Below are positions 20,338 to 34,424 of a stretch of DNA of 64,000 nucleotides, piece by piece. The notes below the pieces were generated by a model. It worked only from the letters and a program-made list of their open reading frames with translations. It had not been told where the DNA came from and ran no database searches. Position 1 is the stretch's first letter; the number at the start of each line of letters is the position of its first letter. Source of the stretch: the human T2T-CHM13v2.0 reference genome, Homo sapiens; the NCBI RefSeq assembly GCF_009914755.1, contig NC_060927.1; one strand, given 5' to 3'. A program made the translations under genes and the position numbers.

Positions 20338-20887
20338 CTCAAACAGATACTTTTTACACTAATATTCACAACAGCATTATTCACAACAGCCAAATGTGGA
20401 AACAACCAAAATGTCCATCCACAGATAAATGGATAAACCAAATGTGCTATATACACACGATGGAATATTATTCAGCCTAAAAAAGAAGGGAAGGAAATTC
20501 TGATACATGCTACAAGATGGACGTACCTTGAAGACATTATGCTAAATAAACAAGCCAGACACAAAAGAACAAATATTCTATCATTCTACTTCTATGAGGT
20601 ACACAGAACAGTCAAATTCACAAAGACAGAAAGGAGAATAGTGGTTGCCAGCAGCTGGGGAGGGGGAGGGGGCGCCGGGGGTGTGACGGGGGACTGCCAG
20701 GGACTGGGGAGTTGCTGTTTCATGGGTACAGGGTTTCAGTCTGGGAAGATGAAGAAGTTCTGGAGCTAGATGGTGGTGATGGGTGTTGCAAAACAATGTG
20801 AATGTACGTAATGCCACTGAACTTACACTTAAAAATGGCTAGAATGGTAAATTTTATATTGTATTTGCTATAATAAAAGGAAAAAAA
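20338..20887 (+). mobile_element. 5'-truncated L1MB-like 3' end
   Basis: L1 3' end motifs, A-tail, 16-bp TSD aagaatgtgg(c/t)ctgaa at 20322-20337 and 20888-20903. Confidence 0.85.
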
Positions 20888-21143
20888 AAGAATGTGGTCT
20901 GAATACAGGAATTTGAAAGGTAGCTCTAGTTCCCTTGCACAGCTCATTGTGAAATAGCAACTGAAGAGACAGTAGAATTCTCTGCAAACGTCTTCAGAGC
21001 AGGTAGGATCTAAAAGAAGGGAAAATCTTTCCTGAGGTCACTCCAAATCGCCAAGCTGAGCCAAAAGGTTACAGTCAAGATTCAAGTTCACCATGAGGGA
21101 CATGAACCAGAACACATCCCTGTATTATACCTATAGTATAGAC

Positions 21144-21460
21144 CAGGGATCCCCAAGCCCCAGGCCATGGACTCATATGGGTTCATAGCCTGTTCAAGGA
21201 CCACAACAGGAGGTGAGCAGCAGGGAAGCAAGCTTTACCGCCTGAACTCTACCTCCTGTCAGATCGGTGGCAGCATTAGATTCTCATAGAAGCACAAACC
21301 CTATTTTGAACTGTGCATGCGAGGGGATCTAGGTCGCATACTCCTTATGAGAATCTAACTAATACCTGATGATCTGAGGTAGAACAGTTTCATCCCAAAA
21401 CCATCCCTACCCCGCCCATGGAAAAACTGTCCCTGGTGCCAAAAAGGTTGGGGGCCGCTG
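21144..21460 (+). mobile_element. MER1B (hAT-Charlie non-autonomous DNA transposon)
   Basis: caggg(a/g)tcccca ... ttgggggccgctg ends; exact 8-bp TSD gtatagac at 21136-21143 and 21461-21468. Confidence 0.9.
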
Positions 21461-21913
21461 GTATAGACAGTTCAGATAAAAAAGTTTCTAATAACTGATA
21501 TACCACTGATATAAATCCTCTCTGTTAAGTAGGGTTCTTACAATTGCAAAATGTTATGCAGCCAATTTCAGCAATAACCAAAGGAAGCTGACAATCTGTG
21601 CCCACAATTAACATACAGGTAGACTGTAGCAGGGAATCGAAGCTCTTTGTTACTCAGTCTCTCACACTCAAGAACTAACCATTAAGTCCCATCTGTCCTT
21701 ACTACTAGCCAAACAACTGACAAACATAAGCAACTTTCATGAATATAATGTTTTTAAAAACTAACTTTGATGGATTTTTTTTAATGAGGTAAAATCTTGA
21801 TTTCAGCATCCCCCTCCACCCTCTCTCTTCTTTTTTAAAAATAGAATAAGAGGACTAGAAAAGAAATGGTAGCCAAAAAATCAGTCAATGCTTGAATGTA
21901 AATAAAATTTTAC

Positions 21914-21989
21914 CTGACTGTTGGAGTCTCCAAACAGGATACACAAATGTGGTATCAATTTGCTGATGACTAGTGGCTGAGCCCCAAAA
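21914..21989 (-). CDS. CLASP2: CLASP2 coding exon 5 ((I)FGAQPLVISKLIPHLCILFGDSNSQ)
   Basis: atatttag|T ... CAG|GTAAAA; 76 nt; peptide visible inside ORF 21881..22168. Confidence 0.96.
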
Positions 21990-22140
21990 CTAAATATAAT
22001 TTGAGAAAAAAATAAAGAAAATTTGTTTTTAATAAACAGTAAACAAAATATCCTTATACCTTCTTGTCTGTAGCAATATAACAAATATAGTGGACAGGAT
22101 GGGCACACATCATTAAAACATGAAGGATATGAGACATAAG

Positions 22141-22190
22141 CAAAAAATAATTCTAAGCAATGTAGCAAAAAATAATTCTAAGCAATGTAG
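22141..22190. repeat. Perfect 25-bp tandem duplication
   Basis: caaaaaataattctaagcaatgtag x2. Confidence 0.95.
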
Positions 22191-23130
22191 TATGCAAACC
22201 TGAATAATCACAACTGACAGTGAAGACAACACATACTCTAATAGATTAAAATGTTCAACAATGGCACTCTTAAACCTAGCAACCTATGAATAACTTAAGA
22301 AAATCAGAGTTTTCACTTTTAAAATTGTGATTTTTTTAGACTCTGGTCTCAAATAAATGCATTCCAATGAAATAAGTAAATTAAAAGATCTTTATGCTTA
22401 TGGCAGGAGAGCCAAAACCCAGCACAAAGAGCTGTGCAGACTGAGTACACTTATAGGCTCTAGAGGGCAGAAAGGACTATAAAGTAATAAAAGAAAATAA
22501 GTGAAAATATAGTTAAGAAAAGGAAGTAGCACTATAGGAAAAGCTGAAAGCTACTACATATGACCTATGACATTGCATAGAACCTAAAAAAATAATCCAC
22601 AGCAAGAACAAAAGTCCTAGCATTTTTTCAGATCAGAGTCATAGTTCTGTGGCAACTACGGCAGCCAGAACTCTACACACAGCTACCAGCCTCACTGTCC
22701 AGTTACCTGGGAAAGTTTTGCTTGGTCTATGATTCTGGTACCCACCCACACTGCTCTAGGGGTAGGGTGGGGATGGGAAATGACTATAATATGTGAAATA
22801 TCATTGAATTAAAAGCAATTCCAAATTCAATCCAGAACAGAAGTAGATACTAAGTTATCAGCATATCAGTTCCATGACCATCTGTTTTGGGTGGCTACTA
22901 TTAACATACTAAAGAAAAAAAGAGAAACACTTATTACTGACATAACTGAAAAATTAAGAACATGAAAGATAACATACACAAAAAATGAACAGTAAAGGTA
23001 TCAAATGAAGTTATATGCTTTAATAATTTTAAATGTGTTATTACCATAGCTTTCCTTGACTTTGTGAACTGAGGTTTTTTTTAGAGAAATAAAAAACAAG
23101 ACAGTTATTTTCAGTAATCATAAAACTTAC

Positions 23131-23222
23131 ATGTTTAAGGTTTCAATAAGACACAGACACACGCCTTCTCGAGATCGAAAATTCTTGTGTTTAAAACCAG
23201 AAGCCAACTGCTCCCAAATGTA
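23131..23222 (-). CDS. CLASP2: CLASP2 coding exon 4 (YIWEQLASGFKHKNFRSREGVCLCLIETLN)
   Basis: ctttcaaatag|TAC ... AT|GTAAGT; 92 nt; frame consistent with neighbours. Confidence 0.96.
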
Positions 23223-24682
23223 CTATTTGAAAGAAAAGTAAAAACGTATAACAAAAAACTAAATTATTCATGTTATAATCTTTTATTTCTTCCCAATCTT
23301 ACTACCAACCTTATCGGTAACTGAATGTTTTCATCAGACTGTTGTTCATTTCTCCACTACTTACAAGTTTTTCTAAGCCAAATTACACAATTGCTCTCAC
23401 CCATTTTTATTACCTTAATCACATTTTAGTACTTATATATATTTCACTTTAGATTTTGATATTCTCAGAAGAACCATGTCCAACAACTGAAAACCTTAGA
23501 ATTTCCAAGGACACAGGATTTCTTCTATAATTAAGAAACCTTCAATAACAATGCTGCCATTATAAGTCCAGCAGTCCAGTAAGTATTTAAGTGGTCCAAC
23601 ATTGCCTAGCAACTAATATAGACTCACATGGAACAGGCGCTTTTTTTTTGGACATTTTATAATTCAGACTTTTTTCCTTTTAATGCTGGATCCAAATTCA
23701 GAGACGTATTTGGGCAATTCATTTTATAGCTACCTACCACACTTTTCTGTTAGAAAAAGCATAGATAAACCTATACAAATAATCTAAACCAATTATTCTG
23801 GGCGTAACAAGAAATCCAACTTTATTTTTACAAACGTAAAGCCAACTGTACCAATCAATCCTTTCTCCACATTTGGAAACACCACCTTTACCCTTTACTA
23901 AATTCAAATATACAACATACACAGCCATCCTCTTTCGGTACTCAGTATTCTTTCTGGAGTCTGTATTCAGTTCTATTAATATATTTCTCTCTCCCTACCA
24001 AACTTTCAAGAAGGTGGCTTAAGAAATTACAAAAAAAAAAAAAATCTTAAATGTGAGTAACCTGACTCACCAATACTACCTCAGGAATGCTATTCCATAT
24101 AAATACCTATATTTATGTTCAAAGATAGAAGTACAAGGGATGCCCCTTATGGTACTGTTTGTAGTCACAGAAAGCCAAAAACAACCTAAAATGTAAATGA
24201 ATAAACGAGAGTGGAAGGATACCCACCACAATATTTAAAAAAAAAAAAATTAGTTCTGAAATATAAAATATTTGGGAAAACATAGTAACCACCTGTGAAA
24301 AAATTTTCTTCTGCTCTCTGTAGGAGTTGCAGAAATGAACAATATAGCATTCAGTGTTCTCAAAATAAGCTTTCTCAATAAACATTTTATAATTTACAAA
24401 AAAGAGAAACCAAAAAATCCTAAAGTATAACATAATCCGTATACTGTCAAATCACTGAAATCTATTAGTTAGCTTTAAAAAAAAAAGCATTAAGAGTACA
24501 AAATAAGAATCAGAAGCAAAAAACCAGAAAGTCAAACATTGACACTGTATCTTAAATATCAACTTCTTAACAGTATTAGCAACAAATCATTGCTTAAAAT
24601 TTCAGTGTTCATGCTTGCTGTGGCTTTAATGATTTCCTGTGATTACCATTAGCAAAATCTGAATTTTAAAATGTAGGCTTAC

Positions 24683-24786
24683 CATAGGTGGTGCTACTTG
24701 ATCCATTAACTTCAATATCAGAGTCTGAGCTTCATCTCGAACCTTGTCTTTGGCATCTCCCATTCTGTCTATTAAAGCTACAATAA
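24683..24786 (-). CDS. CLASP2: CLASP2 coding exon 3 ((V)IVALIDRMGDAKDKVRDEAQTLILKLMDQVAPPM)
   Basis: ccccttctttag|TT ... ATG|GTAAG; 104 nt; phase 1 in, phase 0 out; HEAT-repeat-like sequence. Confidence 0.96.
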
Positions 24787-25432
24787 CTAAAGAAGGGGAG
24801 GGAGTAAAAGAGTAATTACTTATAACTCATCTCCATTAAAAACTATATTTTTCAAAATTACAAATAGCAATTGTTTCCATAAATGAAGAGTTGTGAGGTA
24901 AAGAAATTGTTTTAAGTTCTTTACACATGAATCCAATAAAAAATAACTGAGCAGTTTCACAAGAATACATGCAGCATGATATCTCCTTATAATAATGTTA
25001 AAAAAACAGCAAAACTAAATATTATTTTTCTCAGAGAAATGTATAGACGAGGGGACAAGGAGGAAGTAGAATTCAAAGGGAACAGGTTCTAAAGTCAGTT
25101 CATAGGGCCAAAGTATCTCATAGTCAAAATTATCTTCCTGTAATCCCTTAAATTACCACTACCATTTAGTGTGGTCGTACTAGGTGTGTGACCAAATGTC
25201 TATTTTTTAGACACCTTTTGTCTATTTCCTCAGCCGTAAATGTGGGTAGCAGTACTCATCTCAGAGGATTATTGAAAATTAAAAAATAATACACATAAAC
25301 AACTCAAAGAGTAAAGGGCACAGAGTAAGCACTTTCTATAATATGCCACCTACTATCACTATCACTATCATCATTCTGCATGTTCAAAAGCAAGAAAATT
25401 TGCCTTGTTTCTCTTTTGATATTACAGCTATA

Positions 25433-26070
25433 CAGTAGTCCCCCCTTATCCACAGCTTTACTTTCTGTGGTTTCAGTTACCCATGGCCAACTGTGGTCTG
25501 AAAATATTATATGGAGAATTCTAGAAATAAACAACTCATAAGTTTTAAATTGTGCACCATTCTGAGTAGCATGATGAATTCTTGGACTGTCCCGCTCCAT
25601 TCGGTATGGGATGTGAATCCTTCCTTTGTCCAACATACCCGCACTGTTCATGCTACCTGCCTATTAGTCCCTTAGTAGCTGTTTTGGTTATCAGATCAAA
25701 AACACATCGCATGTATAGCAGCAGTCCCCAGTCTTCTTGGCATCAGGGATTGGTTCTGTGGAAGACAATTTTTCCACAGTGGCAGGGGGTGGGGAGGATG
25801 GTTTTGGGATCAGGCATCATAAAGAGTGCACAATCTAGATCCCTCAATATGCACAGTTCACAATAGGGTTCGTGCTCCTTTGAGAATCGAATGCTGTGGC
25901 TGATGTGACAGGAGGCAGAGCTCAGGTGGTAATGCTCACTTGCTGGCCACTCATCTCCTGCTATGCAGCCCAGTTCCTAACAGGTCATGGACTGGTTTGG
26001 ACTATCGGAGGCTTCAGGAATCCACTGGGGGTCTTGGAACACAGCCCCTGAAGATAATGGGGGACTACTA
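25433..26070. mobile_element. MER44/Tigger7-type element with a nested MER1-type fragment (~25719-25995)
   Basis: Terminal inverted repeats cagtagtcccccttatc ... gataatgggggactact; internal MER1-like sequence (ggaagacaatttttccac). Confidence 0.75.
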
Positions 26071-26589
26071 CATAGCTTTTCTTTCTCTGAATCAACGGAG
26101 GACTAAGTCTAGTTTAAACAAGGGAAGGAGAAAGAAACAGATCAAGAAAAATATTTCCCTGGTTTATTTATAGACACATATAATTAAATGTGTATATAAT
26201 TTGAAGCCAATCTATTATCTATAATGTAATAACCAAAACTGATATAGTAATGAACAAGAGTTAAAGAAAAAAGAAATTACATTCTTTTTGGGAAAAAAAA
26301 TGACTAGAGTGAGAAGGCAACATGCCAAATGGAAAGATATTAAGCTTAATCACAGAAATGATTGTGTAAGAAATCAATGTCCTCAACATAAGAATCATAA
26401 GTCTAATTATGAGGCAACGTTCATCAATAGGAACAATATAAATTCTTCTCATACATCTTGGATGTACTGTTAACACTAGAAGAATTTATCAACATCTATA
26501 AGGTTGGCCATTATGGGCTTCTGGTTCTGATAGCTTCTGAAAGGCAGAAGACAATAGTAAACACTTAACAAATGTTAGATATTATTATG

Positions 26590-26725
26590 CACTAACCACT
26601 GAATTATCTCATTTAATCCTTGCAACAGTCCTATGAAACAGAGTAGGCCCATTTGATAGAGAAGGCACAGCAGGATTAAATAACTTATCCAAGGTCATGC
26701 AAACAACAAGTAGTGAAACCAGGTT
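26590..26725 (-). mobile_element. MIR
   Basis: tctcatttaatcct...aacttatccaaggtca core. Weaker MIR-like pieces also near 25190-25350, 27380-27560, 48850-49050 and 57195-57350. Confidence 0.65.
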
Positions 26726-26741
26726 TTTAATAATTTATACT

Positions 26742-27050
26742 GGCCAGGTGCAGTGGCTCTCACCTGTAATCCCAGCACTTTGGGAGGCCAAGGCAAGTGG
26801 ATCACTTGGGGCCAGGAGTTTGAGATCAGCCTGGCCAAAATGACAAAATCCCATCTCCACTAAAACTATAAAAATTAGCCGAGCGTGATGATGCGTGTCT
26901 GTAGCCCAGCTACTTGGGAGGCTGTGGTGGGAGGATGGTTTGAGCCCAGGAGGCAGAGGCTGCAGTAAGCTAAGATCACACCACTGCACTCCAATCTAGG
27001 CAACAGAGTAAGACAGTGTCTCAAAAAAATAATAAATAAATAAATAAATA
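26742..27050 (+). mobile_element. Alu
   Basis: Dimeric Alu with (TAAA)n tail. Confidence 0.93.
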
Positions 27051-29647
27051 TCTATACAATGTGTGATCAAAGTCATAACCATCTCCATTTTCCATTTACT
27101 TATAATTTGAGGTGTTTGAGTGTGTGTGCATATTTTAACAACCATATAACAATAATGGAAAAAGAAAAGACACTTCATTCCTGAGAGGTGAAATTTAACT
27201 CCAACAAGAAAATTCAAATGTTGGCCCAAACAGGGGCTCACTTTAATATTAAAAACCATTTTACGAAACATAAACAAAAACAAAAAACTTCACATTACAT
27301 AAAATTATTACAGCTAATAATTTAAACAAGAAATTCATACTGTTTTTGCACTGGATCGCTTTTTAACACATACTACCTTGAAGTCAAATAGAACAAGACT
27401 GTATTCCTAACTCTACCAGTTACTAATTACAAAACAGAAAATTCCCTGAACTTCAAAGTTTCCTTGTCTGTAAAATACGGAAGGATGACAGAACTATACC
27501 TCACATGACTAGTGACAGGATGAAGTAAAATAAGGAAAAAGCACCTGTACCAAGCCCATGATCATTGAATTATCATTTAATATGATGAATATTCAACAAA
27601 TATTTATTGGGTATCCAGAACAGAATTTTTCACTCAATAGGCTCTCCATATGAATGTGTTAAACAAATGAATCAATCTATCACAGACTGGAATTTGGACA
27701 ATGACACATGGAAGAAGTCTGAAACGTAACTCTTAGTATTTTTTTTTCTTTTAACTTCGTACAAGATGCAAACCATTCTAAAAAAGTGATAACCGGGTAG
27801 CCTAATTATTCTTGTATTCCTTCTACAATAACATTTTGGGTTAAAATTGTTTAAAATTTTAAAATAGTTTACAAAATTTATAAGATATGAGATCCTTTAC
27901 TGAATCAGTTATAAAACCAGGGCTGGTGATCAATATTAAATGTAAATTGCATATTTTTTGTTTGAAAATTATATTTTTCCACAATATATGTGGTCACAAA
28001 AGGAAACAAATATTTTCTATTATTAATACTATGTATATAGATCATATATTTAAGAATTACATTAATAGAGCTCATACTCTTTTTGGAACTGTATCTAAAA
28101 CCAAAAATGAATCTCAATTTTCCTAAAACACTTCTCACTTTTAACGTAAAAGAATATTAAAAATACATGTAATGATAACTAATAACCCGAGTGCACCAAA
28201 ACTAAACATTATCTCTCAAATCAAGTTATATATATCTACAGTTAGATTATCAAAAAACCTTCCAGACATAATTCAATTCAACTCCTTCCTTTTACAGAAA
28301 GACTCCTAAAGAGATCTGGCTAAGTTCTGTAACACAGATAAAACCAAAAAGCTAACTCTGGGACTCTTAGTCCAGTTCCATACCTCTCTAAGAGCACATA
28401 GGTATGCTGCCAATCTTGCAGAGCTGTTCTACAAATTAGAAATGAAGTGAGGATAATCTTTCATGTATGTAAAGTAGTAAAAGGGTAAAAGGTAAATAGG
28501 CAAAAATGGGTAAAAAGTAGGCATTCAATTAATTGATAGCAAAGCTGTGATAAAATTTTCCTATTATACCACACTGTATATTACCCTAAAGTAATAACAA
28601 GTTCAAGTTTCATTAAGGAAAATGATGAGCACTTATGATTCAAAGTGAAAACAATATTGACTGACAGTAAATGCACAGGGATAACAGAAAGAATAGGAGA
28701 TTAAAAGGAAAAACTATACATACATAAGAGTGTGTGAACATGTGCCATCTAGTTGCACAAATACAAATGAAAAACACTAACCAACAAAAGTAAGTTAATG
28801 TAATTTATTAAGTATTTAACTGTATTAAGAATCACAGAGTAAAGAAAAATTCAATGTGGGGTGAGGTTAACCTGAAAATTCCTGAGATTCTCAAATCTGA
28901 AGTACATTTTTAGAAGGGAAAGAAAGGACCATGGAGAAGAGGGGAAGATTTCAAAACGAAATAAGGGCACAGCAGATGCACAAACAAGTTCAGCTAGGCC
29001 TAGAAAGAGTGAGCAAGTTTCTGATTAGCTTAGAGTGAAGACAAAGTACTTGCTAAAGATTACAAAGAAAAAGTCTACTGAGATGGAGAAGGAACATATA
29101 TGGTAAAAGACAGCTTAAGAGAATTAAGTTCTGAAAGGAGGGCAGTGTTGGGAGTCAAACTAGAATTCTGGTTCCAATATTCCCATTGCCTCAATATGAG
29201 TGTAGTCAGTACATAAAACCCCATGTGGTACTCCTGGTGTCTGAAAAATAAGTGAGATACATAATACCTAGAACTATTCTTAAGTCTAAATTTTCTCTGT
29301 AGCAATTAATAACAGGGAGCTACTACAGGGCAACAGTCACAAACACAAATGTTTATGGTCAAGGAGACACAGGAAATGCTGAAATTGAGCCAGTTTAAGA
29401 AGTGCAGTATTCCAACCTTACCATATCATACCTAACTTTCTCAGTTACGAAGAGACAAGAGGATTTTGGGGGTGGAGGAGGTTTTACGAATTGGAAAGAT
29501 CATCACCTAGACACAGGAGAAACTACAAAGCAACTTCTGATCAGCATCACTACATTAGGCAATTTCTTGAGACAAGCCAGAAATAAGAATTTTCATGTAA
29601 AACTTCTCAATTTTAAACACTGATTCAAAATATTTTAAGAAAATACA

Positions 29648-29802
29648 GGCTGGGCATGGTGGCTCACACCTGTGGTCCCAGCTACTCAGGAGGCTGAGGT
29701 GGGAGGATCACTTGAGTGTTGAGGAGGCTGAGGCTGCAGTGAGCCACGATCATACTACTGCACTCCAGCCTGGGTGACAGAGCAAGATCCCATCTCAAAA
29801 AA
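29648..29802 (+). mobile_element. Alu monomer (FRAM-like)
   Basis: Single right-arm-type Alu unit followed by a GA-rich tail. Confidence 0.85.
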
Positions 29803-29917
29803 GAAAAACAAAGGAAGGAAAGAAAATAAAGAGACAGACAGAGACAGTGAGAGAAAGAAAGAAACAAAACATAAACAAGTAAAATACTTGCAGAGCAGTT
29901 TTCAATATCTACTATAG

Positions 29918-30226
29918 TTTTTTTTTTTTTTTTTAAAGAGATAGAGGTTTACTCTGTTGCCCAGGGCTTGGTGGTGCAATCTTAGTTCATTGTAACCTTG
30001 AAATCCTGGGCCCAACCTCCCATCTCAGCCTTCAGAGTAGCTAGGACTACAGGCACACACCAGTAAGCCTGCTAATTTTTTTTTTTTTTTTTTTTTTTTT
30101 TTTGGTAGAAACATGGTCTCACTCTATTGCCCAGGCTGGTCTCAAACTCCTGTCCTCAAGCAATCCTCCTACCTTAGCCTCCTAAACTGTTGGGATTACA
30201 GGTGTGAGCCAGTGAGTCCATGGGCC
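29918..30226 (-). mobile_element. Alu (J-type)
   Basis: Reverse dimeric Alu, TSD ctactatag, expanded middle T-run. Confidence 0.9.
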
Positions 30227-30520
30227 TACTATAGAGTTGTAAGGGGAGACTAACAGCTTAAAAAAAAAAATCTTTTCAGAAAATATTAACACAAAGGATG
30301 AAGTGGAACCTGGTGTTGATTAAAACTAAATAATAAAGATAGGAAACCCCATCAGATGCTTCTGTTGAAAAGATAACTAGAAAATAAAAGAAAAAACTGA
30401 CAGAATGGTAGGTAGCATACCAAACATGAAGAAAAAAGTTAACCAAACATATCAAAAAGTTAAGTGTGATGATATACTGATATTAGGAGGCATTAACTTA
30501 ATCCACAAAAGAAAATCACT

Positions 30521-30650
30521 GGCCAGGCATGGTGGTTCATGCCTATAATGCTAACACTTTGGGAGGCCGAGGTGAGAGGACTGCTTGAGCCCAGGAATTC
30601 AAGACCAGCCTGGGTAACATAACAACACCCCATCTCTATTTTAAAATACA
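30521..30650 (+). mobile_element. Alu monomer (FLAM-like)
   Basis: Left-arm Alu unit, TSD aaagaaaatcact. Confidence 0.85.
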
Positions 30651-31288
30651 AAAGAAAAAAGCAAAGAAAATCACTAACATCTGAGGCTACCCTTCTATAT
30701 GCTATATAATGCTGCTATATAATAGGATCAAATCCACTTATAACATACTCTAAAGGTACATGAAGGTCATTTGGGTTTAGAAAATAAGTCAGAGCCAACT
30801 TTGTAATCCTAATAACCATACAAAGAAGAGCATTATCCTACCATATGCACTGTACTACAAACACACTGTAAGTAAGTGCTATTCAAAGTATGATCTACAG
30901 CCTAGGATCAATCTACAGACTGTCTATGATAAGGAAATTTAGAGTACTTAGAAAATGTTTTTAAAGCAATTTGACCAAAGAAATTTTGTTTGTTGCATCT
31001 AATGATAAAAAATTGGGTCTTGTTTTTTTTTTCATTTAATTTTGCTATAATTTATTCTTATTGTATTTTATAAAATATTGGTCTGCAACATGCTGGCAAT
31101 GAAGAAACTGATCCTTCCCCATAAATAGTCTGAAACATGGCACTGTAAGTTATATTACAAATTGTGGCATTTCACAAAATAGTAAAAGATCCAGTAAAAA
31201 CAATTTTCTTTCTTTCTTTTTTTTTTTTTTTTTTTTTTTTTTGCCTCAAAGGTGATTTAAGTAAGTTTAAAACCTTGTCTCTGGGTAA

Positions 31289-31622
<334 letters not shown>

Positions 31623-31719
31623 TAATTTACAGAGAACTATTTCTGCTAAATAAAAACTAACGAAAAAAGTCATCATGTCAAATCTTATTTAGAATTGTAA
31701 ATAAACAAAGTTAACTTAC

Positions 31720-31798
31720 CCATTGCTACATAGGATTTAAAGCGTGTTGATAATCTGTCCACAAAGGCACTTAAAATTTCCAATCCCATTAATGATAC
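31720..31798 (-). CDS. CLASP2: CLASP2 coding exon 2 (VSLMGLEILSAFVDRLSTRFKSYVAM)
   Basis: ttttatctgtag|GTATCA ... ATGG|GTAAGT; 79 nt; continues the exon 1 frame. Confidence 0.96.
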
Positions 31799-32086
31799 CT
31801 ACAGATAAAAAGGGATTTTAATGAATATAAATTACTGATGCATACTTTAATATCAGTATTTAATTTTTGACATATAAAAGATCTTCATAAATATATTACA
31901 TTTTTTAAAAATGAGATTTAAGTATTCAAGGGTAAACAGTCATGAGGTTAAGCACCCTAATCTCAAATGATTCAACAATAAAAACAACAATAATAACGTG
32001 TAAACAGGAAGATAGCGATAAAGCATATTTGGCACAATGCTAACTAGTAAATTAGACAAAGGTCACACAGGAGTTTACTGACTCTA

Positions 32087-32460
32087 CAGTCATGCATCAC
32101 TTAATGACAGGGATAAATTCTAACAAATGTATCATCAGGTAATTTTGTTATTGTGCAAACATCAGAGTGCATTTACACCTAGACAGTATAGCCTACTACA
32201 AACCTAAGCTATATGGTATATCCCATTGCTCCTAGGCTACTACCTGTACAGTATGTTACTGTGCAAAATACTCTAGGCAACTGATAATACAATGGTATTT
32301 GCGTACCTAAACATAAAAAGGTAATGCAAGCACAACATTGCAACAATTATGACGTCACCAGGCAATAGGAATTTTTCAGCTTTATTATAATCTTATGGGA
32401 CCACCATTGTATATACAGTCCATCATTGACCACAATGTTGTTATGTGGTATGCATAACTA
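32087..32460. mobile_element. Tigger3/MER7-type DNA transposon
   Basis: TA|cagtcatgcatcacttaatgac ... gttatgtggtatgcataact terminal inverted repeats. Confidence 0.8.
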
Positions 32461-34424
32461 TATTTGTAACTTTGAAATGTTTCCTAAATGTAACAGTTAA
32501 AAATGTAGGCCTCTTTAATTACAGAGGAATTTCATCTTCTGTCTGGGATGTAGAAACTGGAAAGAATATCCCTCTCATTCTAACAAGAAAAAGCCCACTG
32601 GGTCTACAAAATCATGACTGTTCTTGAATCCATCAAAAAGCTAAGGCTGGAGAATAACCAACTAACCTGAAATCTAAACAAAGACATGGGACACAGGCAG
32701 TAGGTCACATGTGACAGAGGACAGGAGGAAAATAAACCCATGATGTAAGTGGGTAAGAAGAAGTCAGTTATACTTAACAAAACTATTTACAACTGAGTGT
32801 GGGCTAGCATGAAAACACAACTAGCCACAGACACAAGGAGAACTCATACCTACTTACAGGCTCTAGTTCACACCTACTTGCAAGCTCTTTCTCCACAAAC
32901 CTCCACTGGACACTCTTAAGACTAAGGGCTGAGAAGGATATTGGATAAAGTATCTCTTGGTGGTACAGTCCTGGGGGAAGGAAACCGCTGCCTGTGCAGG
33001 AAAGGCACAAAGGCTCCTAGTACCCTTGTCCCGTAAGAAACAAAAGCTTGAAGCTAAGAAATAAAAGTTTGAAGCTCCTCAGTGAAGGATATCAAACACT
33101 GTTACGCCTAAGGCACAGGTAAAACTCAATGCTATTAAGGAGAGGAAAAAGATAAAAAGCCTTCTACCCCAGAGGAAGGAGCAGAAAAACATCCTGGGGC
33201 CCATATAATTAAAGGTCTCTAGTTGGGGAAAGCCATGGTCTTTATAAAGCCTTACCCCAAGACTCAGAACAAAAAGCTTCCTAAGACTGAAGCTAGACCA
33301 GAAAAACAAAGAATGACGCTATTTCCCCCAACCAGACCAGCAAGCATGAAATAAGAAGCAACAGCAGTCTACCAGTGGGGAAGGGGCAAGAACACGAAGA
33401 AGAATCCTCTATGAAGCACAAGAAAATAGGGAAAACCTAAAGTGCAGAGTTGAGTAGAAACTTGAGGAAAACCCTTCATAAAATTAACCAAGTGACAAAA
33501 AAACTGAAGCAAATATGAACTAAAGCAACTATAGCAATCATAACATTGAAACCTAACTCAACTCCTGACTAGACTGACTGCATAGCTCCACACTATATGT
33601 AAGTTTAGCAGAAAAAAGGCATGTCATCTCCAGGCATAAGTACTATTTAACTTGCTCTTAAACATCTTAAACACTGTCCAGTTTTCAACCACACATTATG
33701 AGACACACAAAAAAGCAAGGAGGGATAAATACCAATATCAAGAATAAAGCATGGAACAAAATACATAGATAATCTGAAAGCTGGAATTATCAGACCATTT
33801 AAATAACTGTGATTAATGTAGTAAATGTTCTAGTTAAAAGAGCCAACAACATGCAGGAATAAAAGGAATTCCAGCAGAGAGACCAAAACTTTAAGGCAGA
33901 GTCAAAATACAAATAATTTTTTAAATGCATTAAAAGCAAGGTAAAAGTGATTAAGATGCCTTTGATGGGTTCATCAAAAGATTTGATACAGAGAAGGAAA
34001 GAATCAGGGAATCTGAAAATACGTTCATACAAATTACTCAAATTGAAATACAAAAAGGAACAAAAAGGGAAGGGGAGAGACAAAGCATTCAAGAGCAGTG
34101 GGATAATATTAAATTGCCCAACATAATGTCATAGGAATTCTAGAAGAGAGAACAAGGTAGAAGAAATATTTGGAGGGAAAATGGCCAAGAATATAGGAAA
34201 AATAATGAAAGGCATCAAACCATACATCTAAGTCTCAGAAAACCCCCAAACAGAAAATTCCAAAAAACACCAAGACACATCCTATTCAAACTGTTAAAAC
34301 CAAAGGAAAGAAAAATCTTAAAGTCAATGAGAAAAAAACAAAAGGACATTAAATACACAAGTACAGAAGATTTCCGGCCAAAAAGTATGAGAGTAAGGAG
34401 ACAATGGAATGACATTGTTACAGT

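Noticed and set aside
24063-24069. AP-1 site TGACTCA in intron 3
   Set aside because: A single 7-mer is expected several times by chance in 64 kb, and nothing else supports it.
30870-31150. Possible hAT/MER5-like DNA transposon; similar candidate at ~56340-57070
   Set aside because: The termini are only vaguely recognisable, so I could not assign family or boundaries without a Dfam search.
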